Source: Acidobacteriota bacterium (GTDB lineage: Bacteria; Acidobacteriota; Blastocatellia; Pyrinomonadales; Pyrinomonadaceae). From it: a stretch of DNA of 29,847 nt. The notes under the pieces were generated by a model. The model ran no database searches and had not been told where the DNA came from. It was given only the letters and a program-made list of their open reading frames with translations. Made by a program: the position numbers and the translations under genes. The stretch spans positions 1-29,847 of the forward strand of contig JBKPJS010000581.1 of the NCBI GenBank assembly GCA_046730815.1. Direction: 5' to 3'. Shown here in pieces: positions 8,166 to 16,072 of this stretch (the first letter of the stretch is position 1; each line of letters starts with the position of its first letter).

Positions 8166-9194
8166 TTAATACGCCGCCAGCTTCCGAGCCGCATCGACGA
8201 CATCTTTTGTTTGCGGCAAATAGTAATCTTCCAGCGGCGGCGAATACGGTACCGGCGTATCGATTGACGCAACACGCACGACGGGCGCGTCAAGCCATTC
8301 AAACGCCTCTTCCGCGAGCATGGCTGTGATCTCGCCGCCGATGCCGCCAGTGCGCGATGCTTCGTGCAGCACGATCGCTTTGCTGGTCTTCTTCACACTC
8401 GCGAGTATGGCGTCTCTATCGAGTGGCGCGAGCGTCCTCAAGTCAATAACTTCGACGTCGAGACCCTCTTTCTCGAGTTCCTCAGCGGCGTCGAGTGCAG
8501 TCAGCACCATCGCGCCAAAAGTGATGATCGACAAATCGCGTCCGGCGTGCACGACGCGTGCTTTGCCAATCTCGACGATGTAATCATCCGCAGGTAGTTC
8601 TTCACGCAGACGCGGCAAGCGATAAAGTTTTTTGTGTTCGAAGAAGAGCACCGGATCGGGATCGCGAATCGCTGCTTTGATTAAACCCTTAGCATCGTAA
8701 GCCGTCGATGGCTCGACAATCTTGAGTCCCGCAGTGTTCAGGAAAAACGATTCGGCGTTCAGCGAATGAAACGGTCCGGACCGTACGCCTGAGCCACATG
8801 GACCACGAAAAACCGCCGCTATATTTGCGCCCCAGCGATAACGACATTTCGCAGCGTAGTTCGTGAGCAGATCGAACCCGGCGGAAATAAAATCAATAAA
8901 CTGAAACTCCGCGACCGGGCGCATACCCATCAAGGCCGCGCCACACGCCGCACCGACGATCGCGCCTTCAGATATCGGTGTATCGATAACTCGCTGTTTC
9001 CCAAACTCGTCGATTAATCCGTCAGTAACCTTGAAAGCTCCGCCATAGGCGCCGACATCTTCGCCGATCACAAACACGGTCGCGTCGCGTTCCATCTCCT
9101 CCCAGATTCCCTGGCGGATCGCCTCGACCATCGTCGCTTGCCCGCCACGTTCCGGTCGCGCAGATTTGTGTTCTTTTTTGAGAGCAGTTGACAT
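8166..9194 (-). CDS. 2-oxoacid dehydrogenase E1 beta subunit
   Basis: VIGEDVGAYGGAFKVTDGL, RVIDTPISEGAIVG, RPVAEFQFIDFI, HSLNAES, DPDPVLFFEHKKLY, VIDLRTLAPLD. Confidence 0.96.
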   Translation of the reverse strand: MSTALKKEHKSARPERGGQATMVEAIRQGIWEEMERDATVFVIGEDVGAYGGAFKVTDGLIDEFGKQRVIDTPISEGAIVGAACGAALMGMRPVAEFQFIDFISAGFDLLTNYAAKCRYRWGANIAAVFRGPCGSGVRSGPFHSLNAESFFLNTAGLKIVEPSTAYDAKGLIKAAIRDPDPVLFFEHKKLYRLPRLREELPADDYIVEIGKARVVHAGRDLSIITFGAMVLTALDAAEELEKEGLDVEVIDLRTLAPLDRDAILASVKKTSKAIVLHEASRTGGIGGEITAMLAEEAFEWLDAPVVRVASIDTPVPYSPPLEDYYLPQTKDVVDAARKLAAY

Positions 9195-9196
9195 CG

Positions 9197-9634
9197 TTAA
9201 ATACTCAGGCTGACTTGTTTAATCTTGGACGTTGCAATGTTCGGCGATTTTGGATTTACCACGAGCTTTTCGCGTGTCGGGTCTATGACTACGTCGAGAC
9301 CTTCCAGCGGAATTGCACCTAACAAGATCTCTTCAGCACCTGGCAAAAGGATAGCCTTTACGATCGTACTCCGGTTTTCGAAACGAACCTCCACAGGACC
9401 AACCATGTCGACTTGCCGCTGTGTCTCATCGGCCAACCATATAGTTCGCTGATGAAGAACAGGCAACTTAAGTTGTTGCTGGACCTCTTCGTTTATAACA
9501 AGGTCCAAGGCGCCGCTGTCGACTAATGCGTTAATAGTAATTCTTCGAATCTCGTTTTCAGGCAGACTCCCGCGTCGAGTAAAAGCGAGATCATCTCCAT
9601 TTAGCAGCTCAATTTCCGCATACACCAATCCCAT
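9197..9634 (-). CDS. Clan AA (retropepsin-like) aspartic protease, single domain
   Basis: GLVYAEIELLN, ALVDSGA (D-S-G catalytic motif), GPVEVRF, ILLGAIPLEGLDVVIDP. ATG 9634 preceded by GGAGG-AAAAGGA. Confidence 0.85.
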   Translation of the reverse strand: MGLVYAEIELLNGDDLAFTRRGSLPENEIRRITINALVDSGALDLVINEEVQQQLKLPVLHQRTIWLADETQRQVDMVGPVEVRFENRSTIVKAILLPGAEEILLGAIPLEGLDVVIDPTREKLVVNPKSPNIATSKIKQVSLSI

Positions 9635-9703
9635 TCCTTTTCCTCCGGTAAGTGAGGTACCTTCGGTACGTCTATATTTATGGCTCATTGGAAAAACCAT
9701 AGT

Positions 9704-10852
9704 TTACCCCTCCAGAACTTTCGGTCTGAATGCGGGCGGTACGATGTTGTTATCAAAAACGCCGTACGCCGCTTGCTCGCTTTCGGGCATCGGTGAAGAT
9801 TCAGCCCAGGCGCAGTCTTCGTCAATCTCTCGGAGAACACCCGCAACGATCTCTTCGAGCTTTTCTTTAGTCGCTAAGTTGCATTCCAGCAGGTAATGTT
9901 CGTAACGATCGATTGGATCGTTGTTTTTCTCCCACCATTCGATCTCTCCAGCCTTAACGTAACGCTGATCGTCGTGTTCCGCGTGTCCCTTGCGGCGATA
10001 AGTCTTCGCTTCAATCAACACCGCGCCGCCTCCGCGTCGCGCATACTCAGCCGCGTGTCGTGTGACTTCATAACACGCAACCACGTCGTTACCGTCGACG
10101 ATGTGCGCCGGAATGCCATAACCCGCAGCCTTCTCGGCCAAATCTCGCACGGCGGTTTGCAGGCTGGTCGGAGTTGAATACGCGTAATGATTGTGTTCGG
10201 CGATCACGATCAATGGTAATCGCTGCACGGCGGCGAAGTTGAGTCCCTCGTGGAATGCGCCAGTGCTCATGCCGCCGTCGCCGATGTAAGCAATAGCGAC
10301 GAGCTTCTTCTTTTGCATGCGACCGCCGAGCAGAACTCCAGTCATCACGGGAATCATGTCGCCCAGGTGGGAGATTGGACCAATGAATCCCCTCTGCATG
10401 TCGCCAAAATGGATGTTGAGATCCCTTCCACCCGATGGTCCCCACGCTTTCGCCATGTATTGCGCGAAGATCTCGCGCGGGCGGATGCCTTTTACGAGAA
10501 CGGCGCCAAGGTCTCTTATCAACGGCGTGACGAAGTCCTGGGGCTGAAGTGCGTAGGCGCTGCCGACCGCGGTAGCCTCCTGACCCAAAGAGCGAAACAC
10601 ACCACCGACGACTTTCGTTTGGCGATAAAGATTCACCAACCGTTCTTCAACGAGCCGGGTAAGTTTGAGATAGCGATAGAGCTCTAGGTGCTGCTCGGGC
10701 TTGAGCGTGGTCTCGGTCGAACAGCTTAGCGGCTTGCCGTCAACCGATTTGCGAGGCGCATATTTGGTGCTGACGCGCATTTGAAAACGAGGACGCGCTG
10801 AACGGCGACGGCGACGGTCTTTTTTTGGCTCTTGGTCCATGGTCGTAAACAT
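9704..10852 (-). CDS. 2-oxoacid dehydrogenase E1 alpha subunit (ThDP-dependent)
   Basis: GQEATAVG, GDGGMSTGAFHEGLNFAAVQRLP...EHN ThDP motif, VDGNDV, TYRRKGHAEHDD, DPI. The track start (10867) lies inside a repeat; ATG 10852, 10840 or 10780 are candidates. Confidence 0.95.
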   Translation of the reverse strand: MFTTMDQEPKKDRRRRRSARPRFQMRVSTKYAPRKSVDGKPLSCSTETTLKPEQHLELYRYLKLTRLVEERLVNLYRQTKVVGGVFRSLGQEATAVGSAYALQPQDFVTPLIRDLGAVLVKGIRPREIFAQYMAKAWGPSGGRDLNIHFGDMQRGFIGPISHLGDMIPVMTGVLLGGRMQKKKLVAIAYIGDGGMSTGAFHEGLNFAAVQRLPLIVIAEHNHYAYSTPTSLQTAVRDLAEKAAGYGIPAHIVDGNDVVACYEVTRHAAEYARRGGGAVLIEAKTYRRKGHAEHDDQRYVKAGEIEWWEKNNDPIDRYEHYLLECNLATKEKLEEIVAGVLREIDEDCAWAESSPMPESEQAAYGVFDNNIVPPAFRPKVLEG

Positions 10853-10859
10853 TTGAGAA

Positions 10860-10914
10860 CCATCCACAGATTACACAGAAATTCTTTTTACATATCTGCG
10901 TAATCTGTGGATGG
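10860..10914. repeat. Palindromic tandem-unit element, family A variant
   Basis: ccatccacagattacacaga-spacer-tctgcgtaatctgtggatgg between lpdA and E1-alpha. Confidence 0.8.
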
Positions 10915-10919
10915 CTCTT

Positions 10920-12326
10920 CTAAATATGCACTGCGAGATCGTGAACGCCTTCGGCAGCTTCCATCACTGCCTCTGAGATAGTCGGATGCGCGTGCATCGT
11001 TCGTCCGAGTTCGTCGGCCGTCGATTCGAGCTGCATGGCCACGCAAGCTTCAGCGATCAACTCCGTCGCATGTGGGCCAATGATATGCACGCCCAGGATT
11101 TCGTCGTACTTCTTTTCACTGACGATCTTTACGAAGCCTTCTTCCTCACCGATTATGCGTGCCTTGCCCGAAGCCGAAAACGGAAACCTCCCTACCTTGA
11201 CGTCGTAGCCCTGCTCTTTTGCCTTCGCTTCTGTCAGCCCGACGGAAGCGACTTCCGGATCGCAGTAAGTGCAGTTTGGCACGAGGCGCAGATTGATGGG
11301 CCGCACGTCTTTCCTGCCGGCGAGATGCTCGACCGCGACAATCCCTTCCTTCGAAGCAAGGTGGGCCAACAAGGGCGTCGGCACCACGTCGCCTATAGCG
11401 TACACACCTTTTTCGGCCGTCTGCTGAAATTCGTCTACCAGAATAAATCCCTTTTCAACTTTGATCTTAGAGCCTTCAAGTCCAAGGCCTTCGGTGTAAG
11501 GCATTCGCCCGACTGCGACCAGCAGCATCTCCGCTTCGAGACTAACTGCTTCGCCTTTCGAAGTCTTGCCGGTCACGCGTACACCCGATTCAGTCTTCTC
11601 CAGCTTCTCGAGTTTTGTGTCTACCTGCGACTTGATCCCACGCTTGCGAAAACTGCGTTCGAGCTCTTTCGAAACTTCTTCGTCTTCCAACGGCACGATC
11701 CGCGGCAGCAACTCCACGATTGTCGTCTCGGCGCCAAAGCGCGAATACACTGAAGCAAACTCCACACCCACTGCGCCCGCACCCATCACAATCAACGACT
11801 TCGGGACCTGCTGAAGCTCGAGGATGTGATCGCTGTTTACGACGTGGTTGCCGTCGGTTTCAAAACCTGGGATTGGCCGCACAACGGAACCCGTGGCGAT
11901 GATGATGTTTTTGGTCTGAAGCGTCTGCTTTTTTCCCTCAGCGTCGGTGACTTCGACTTTGCCGGGCAGCGCGAGCTTGCCTGTGCCTTTGAAGACAGTG
12001 ACTTTGTTCTTCTTCATCAGGTACTCGATGCCCTTCGAGTTTTTCAGCACGACCTTGTCTTTTCTTTTCTGCACATCCGCGAAAGCTAATTGAATGGCAG
12101 AAGCTTGCACGCCAAAATCGGCCGCGTGCTGCATCTGTTCGTAGACATGGGCCGACATCAACATCTGCTTCGTGGGAATACACCCACGGAGCGTGCAGGT
12201 GCCGCCGAGTCGATTGTCCTTCTCGATAATTGCTGTTTTGAGTCCTAATTGACCGGCTCGAATCGCTGCCACATAACCGCCAGGTCCACTGCCGATAATC
12301 GTCACGTCAAACTGTTCGTTCGCCAA
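10920..12326 (-). CDS. lpdA: Dihydrolipoamide dehydrogenase (E3)
   Basis: IIGSGPGGYVAAIRA, GGTCTLRGCIPTK redox disulfide, GAGAVGVE, HAHPTISE. Start assigned to TTG 12326 (LANEQFDV) after AGAGGGG. Confidence 0.97.
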   Translation of the reverse strand: MANEQFDVTIIGSGPGGYVAAIRAGQLGLKTAIIEKDNRLGGTCTLRGCIPTKQMLMSAHVYEQMQHAADFGVQASAIQLAFADVQKRKDKVVLKNSKGIEYLMKKNKVTVFKGTGKLALPGKVEVTDAEGKKQTLQTKNIIIATGSVVRPIPGFETDGNHVVNSDHILELQQVPKSLIVMGAGAVGVEFASVYSRFGAETTIVELLPRIVPLEDEEVSKELERSFRKRGIKSQVDTKLEKLEKTESGVRVTGKTSKGEAVSLEAEMLLVAVGRMPYTEGLGLEGSKIKVEKGFILVDEFQQTAEKGVYAIGDVVPTPLLAHLASKEGIVAVEHLAGRKDVRPINLRLVPNCTYCDPEVASVGLTEAKAKEQGYDVKVGRFPFSASGKARIIGEEEGFVKIVSEKKYDEILGVHIIGPHATELIAEACVAMQLESTADELGRTMHAHPTISEAVMEAAEGVHDLAVHI

Positions 12327-12377
12327 TTTGTAGGTTTCCCCTCTTAGGAACGGTAATGAAAATGGAAAAGACCGGGC

Positions 12378-12406
12378 ATTATAAACAAAGCCACAAAGAC
12401 GCACAA
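12378..12406 (-). promoter_or_regulatory. Sigma70-type promoter for lpdA operon: TTGTGC-N17-TATAAT
   Basis: Perfect TATAAT at 12383-12378, exactly 17 nt from TTGTGC at 12406-12401. Confidence 0.65.
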
Positions 12407-12418
12407 AAGGCACAAAAA
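12390..12418. repeat. Single arm (half element) of family B (CACAAA unit)
   Basis: gccacaaagac-gcacaaaag-gcacaaaaa. Confidence 0.75.
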
Positions 12419-12444
12419 GGGCGCGCTCGGTAAAGAGCACGCCC
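12413..12444 (-). terminator. Intrinsic terminator of TonB-dependent receptor 1
   Basis: GGGCGUGCUC-uuuacc-GAGCGCGCCC followed by UUUUUG on the minus strand. Confidence 0.8.
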
Positions 12445-12470
12445 ATTCAAGTTTTTGCCGTCCCGACTGA

Positions 12471-15400
12471 TCAGAACTCGAAGCGCGCAGCGAGCTGCAC
12501 CTGACGCTCGCGGAACAGAGTACTGTCAGCGCCCGTGACATTCCGGAAAGGATTTGTACCGACTCCATTAAAGGTCAACGTGGAACCGGCAAGGTTATAG
12601 ATAGTGGTGTTAACGAGGGTGACCTGCGTGCGGTTGAAGACGTTGAAGCCTTCCGCCAGCAGCTCGAGTTTCACACTTTCAGTGAGACTGAAACGACGTG
12701 AAAGCCGTGCATCAAGGTACCAGATATTCGGCTGCTTGAAGAAATTACGCGGCACGAGCGAAAACCTGTTCGCACCGCCGGAGCCGTTTGCACCGCCCGC
12801 AGGCGTCTGATTGGAAGCGAAACCAAACGACTGCGGGTTGATGCTGTTGGCTATGTTTCCGGTAAATCGCGCCCCTGAGAAAGCGTTGAAAATGGGCGCA
12901 ATCGTCCAACCATTGAAAATGTGCTTCGCTGGTCCATCCGAGAACGGATTCGGATTGTAGACCACACTCGCCACAAACTTCTGTCTCCGGTCGAAAGCCG
13001 AAAGTCCATTCTCATTCGACTGGTCAAACGCATTGAAAGGCACGTTGTTAGCAGTAAACGTTTGCGAGGTCTGACCATTGTCGGAAGAACGTGACAACGT
13101 GTAGTTCGTCTGGAACTGGAGTCCTTTCGTCAGACGGCGGTTAGCCTGCAACACCAGCGCGTGATACTTGGAATACACGTCGCTGCGGATTTCCGTCAAC
13201 TGCAGGAACCGAGTGTCAGGTCTTGGTCCAGCGAACAACGGCGTAAGGTACGTCTGGCCGGCGAATGGCCCACCAACGATACTCAGTGCAACCGTGCGGA
13301 CGGGCCTCGGCAAGTTGGTATCAACGAAGTTTGGCAGCGAATTGCCGAAGCTCCCCAGGTAGGAAGCGGAGACGACGGTGTTTCTCGCGATCTCTCGTTC
13401 GAAAATAAAATCCCACTGGTGAATCTGAGGCAACTGAAAATCGTCGTCGAAGAACTGCACTGCGCCAACTGGTGGATTCGAGGCGCTGATCAGATTTGGG
13501 TAGATCGGCATGAACGCGCAATTGTCGGCGGATGTTGGTGGCGTGGTACCAGTACAAGCAGCCGGCAGATTGGACGCGCTGGTGGTGAACTGTCGTTGAC
13601 CTTGATCGATGCCGACGCCGGTATTAACCAGCGCGTTGTAAACGGTCGAGTTGATGACGCGTCCGTAATAGAGTCCCCAACCACCACGGATGCTGGTTTT
13701 GCCGTCGCCATTTAGATCCAGGGCGAATCCTACGCGTGGACCAAAGTTATTTCGATCGTCGACCTTGTTGTTGGTCTGCGGCAGGAGCGGATTCACATTC
13801 ACCGGATTCGGATTTCGCTGGTACTCATAACGCAAACCGAGATTCAATGTGAATCTGGGACTGACGCGCCAGTCGTCCTGGATGAAATAGTTGAGGTCGG
13901 TGGTCTTCATATTCAGACCAAGAACACCAAAACCCTGGTTGAAGTTGCCGGCGTAGCACTTTCCGGCACGTCGGGTTGAACTAACGCAGAGTCCGTTATT
14001 GCCATTCGGCGTCGCAGACAGCGCGCGAATAGCGCCGTTTGTTTGGAAGTTAACGTAGTCGACAATGAAATCAGCGATTCCGGTTGTCGCTCCGGTGTAG
14101 TTGAACTCGCCCCCGGAGAACCGCAGGTTGTTGATGATGTCTTTGACAAAGTTGACATCCCCGCCAAATTTGAACGTGTGATTGCCGGACGTCATCGTCA
14201 CTGTGTCGGCAAACTGCCAGCGCCGCTCATCCGGAAACGAAGCACGCTCGAGAAACTCCGGCATACCGAACGAAAACGTTGACGTACCGACGAGAATTGT
14301 TTGCGGCGACCTGCCACCAACTGCGTTCGTTGGCTCACCGGGAATCGGCGGCTGACTAAACTGAAACTCATTGTCACGACCCCACTGGAAGCGAAACTCG
14401 TTCAGAAGGTTGGGCGTGAGAGTAGAAGCCAGCTTCGCATTGAGCGCGTCAATTTCGACAAAGTCGTCGCCAAAGTTGTCGACAGCCCGTGTGTTAGTCG
14501 CTTGCGTCTGAATCCCAGCGGGCGAGACCCAACGAAGGCGGTTGTAGCTTACGGTGAAAGTGTTCTTGTCATTTATGACCCAGTCCACCTTCGGCAGGAA
14601 AAGCTTTTGGTCGCCCGTCCTGGGAACCGGACCCGAAAGGGTGGAGAGAAAGGCAAGCGTGTTATCGATCTGCGTGTTTGTCAGGCCACGCGCAACAAGA
14701 GCGGTACGATTACTGGAGCTCAGGTTCAAAAAACCGTTCTGACCAAACACCGCTAAGCCGGGAAAGTTACGTTTCTGTTGATCGTAGCTGAAGAAGAAGA
14801 AAGCGGTGTCTTTTACGATTGGACCACCGATCGTACCACCGAATTGGTGCCGCACGTCTTTTGGTTTGTAGCCAACCGGAGTAAAGACGCCGTTGATTAC
14901 TTCCTGCCGGACTGCCAGCGGATTACGAGCGCCCCACCTGTTGTTGCGCTGATAGTAGAACCCGCCGCCGTGAAAATCGTTCGTACCGCTCTTCGTGATC
15001 GCGTTGACCACGCCGCCTGCGGAGCGGCCATACTCGGCTGAGTAGCTCGAAGTATTGACCTGAAACTCGCGAATAGCAGCCTGGCTAATCGAGTAGCTGA
15101 TACGTGTTCGGCCACGTTCCTCGGCGAAGAATGCCTGGTTGTTGTCTCCACCGTCGATCGTGTTGTTGTTCAGCAATCCGGAGATGCCGCGGAAGCTGAT
15201 CAGCCCGAAGGTGCCGTCGGGTACCGCGCCGGGCGTCAGCAGCGCGAAGTTTGACCAACGACGACCGTTGATTGGAAGTTCGTTGATGGAAGTTTGATTG
15301 ACGTTGGTCGAGAAGTCCTGCTGAGTGGTGTTGATAACGGGCGCCTCAGCGGTGACGTCTACCTGGCCAGTTACTGGGCCAACTGAGAGCGCGATCTCGA

Positions 15401-15713
15401 GGTTTGTCTCGCGTCCGATTTCAACCGTGACGTTTTCCGTGGTCATCGGACTAAAGCCGGACGAGTTCACCGTCACTGCATAATTTCCCGGTTGCAGGTT
15501 TGCTACCTTGAAACGCCCGGTGTCGTCGGTCGTAGCCGAATCTTCCTTGTTGGTTTCGATATTTTTGACCGTAACCGCGGCACCCGCCACGACCTCCTTA
15601 TTCGGATTAGTGACCACGCCTCCAATTGCGCCGGTGGTCGTCGACTGCGCAAAGGCCACAGCGCTGAGAGCGAGCACCAACAGAGTTACAAAAGAGAGCC
15701 TTATTATTTTCAT
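12471..15713 (-). CDS. TonB-dependent outer-membrane receptor (Oar-like) with N-terminal carboxypeptidase-regulatory domain, paralog 1
   Basis: Signal peptide, GAIGGVVTNP...GAAVTV...GRFKVANLQPGNYAV, ELPINGRRWSNFALLTPG, AIREFQV...AEYGRSAGGVVN..TKSGTN, IQDDWRVSPRFTLNLGLRYEY, C-terminal ARFEF. Confidence 0.95.
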   Translation of the reverse strand: MKIIRLSFVTLLVLALSAVAFAQSTTTGAIGGVVTNPNKEVVAGAAVTVKNIETNKEDSATTDDTGRFKVANLQPGNYAVTVNSSGFSPMTTENVTVEIGRETNLEIALSVGPVTGQVDVTAEAPVINTTQQDFSTNVNQTSINELPINGRRWSNFALLTPGAVPDGTFGLISFRGISGLLNNNTIDGGDNNQAFFAEERGRTRISYSISQAAIREFQVNTSSYSAEYGRSAGGVVNAITKSGTNDFHGGGFYYQRNNRWGARNPLAVRQEVINGVFTPVGYKPKDVRHQFGGTIGGPIVKDTAFFFFSYDQQKRNFPGLAVFGQNGFLNLSSSNRTALVARGLTNTQIDNTLAFLSTLSGPVPRTGDQKLFLPKVDWVINDKNTFTVSYNRLRWVSPAGIQTQATNTRAVDNFGDDFVEIDALNAKLASTLTPNLLNEFRFQWGRDNEFQFSQPPIPGEPTNAVGGRSPQTILVGTSTFSFGMPEFLERASFPDERRWQFADTVTMTSGNHTFKFGGDVNFVKDIINNLRFSGGEFNYTGATTGIADFIVDYVNFQTNGAIRALSATPNGNNGLCVSSTRRAGKCYAGNFNQGFGVLGLNMKTTDLNYFIQDDWRVSPRFTLNLGLRYEYQRNPNPVNVNPLLPQTNNKVDDRNNFGPRVGFALDLNGDGKTSIRGGWGLYYGRVINSTVYNALVNTGVGIDQGQRQFTTSASNLPAACTGTTPPTSADNCAFMPIYPNLISASNPPVGAVQFFDDDFQLPQIHQWDFIFEREIARNTVVSASYLGSFGNSLPNFVDTNLPRPVRTVALSIVGGPFAGQTYLTPLFAGPRPDTRFLQLTEIRSDVYSKYHALVLQANRRLTKGLQFQTNYTLSRSSDNGQTSQTFTANNVPFNAFDQSNENGLSAFDRRQKFVASVVYNPNPFSDGPAKHIFNGWTIAPIFNAFSGARFTGNIANSINPQSFGFASNQTPAGGANGSGGANRFSLVPRNFFKQPNIWYLDARLSRRFSLTESVKLELLAEGFNVFNRTQVTLVNTTIYNLAGSTLTFNGVGTNPFRNVTGADSTLFRERQVQLAARFEF

Positions 15714-15715
15714 TG

Positions 15716-15739
15716 GGGAACTCCTTAGGCAATGAGTTA
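15716..15739 (-). promoter_or_regulatory. Leader element shared with paralog 2 (contains Shine-Dalgarno)
   Basis: TAACTCATTGCCTAAGGAGTTCCC; 23/24 identical to 19374-19397. Confidence 0.7.
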
Positions 15740-15958
15740 ACAGTTGAATGCGCCTCAGCCCCTCGGGCTGCGCCCGTGTTTAGCCAGTTTTGTGAGCAAC
15801 TAAAATCAATTCAGATGGAATGTTGCAAAGGGCTTGCAAGAACGCGATTTCTATCACGCTTAGCTACCCTTTCGCAAGCTTTTACTTACCTTTCAAACCA
15901 TTAAATGCCATTAAATATCTGTGACACGCATTAGGCTGATTCGTTTTCCCGTAGGACT

Positions 15959-16006
15959 GCCGCAAAGAAACACAAAGGCACAAAACATTTTGTGCTTCTT
16001 CGTGGC
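15959..16006. repeat. Palindromic tandem-unit element, family B
   Basis: gccgcaaagaaacacaaaggcacaaaa ... ttttgtgcttcttcgtggc, directly after the paralog 2 terminator. Confidence 0.75.
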
Positions 16007-16008
16007 TG

Positions 16009-16050
16009 AAAAAAAACCCGGGTAGACTTGAATATCAAGCCTACCCGGTT
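16009..16050 (-). terminator. Intrinsic terminator of TonB-dependent receptor 2
   Basis: CCGGGUAGGCUUGA-uau-UCAAGUCUACCCGG followed by G and eight U on the minus strand. Confidence 0.88.
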
Positions 16051-16072
16051 AGTTTGGTAACTGCTTTGTTAG

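Noticed and set aside
12165-12205. Variant redox-disulfide motif GGTCTLRGCIPTK in LpdA
   Set aside because: The C-x4-C spacing is intact and within normal family variation.
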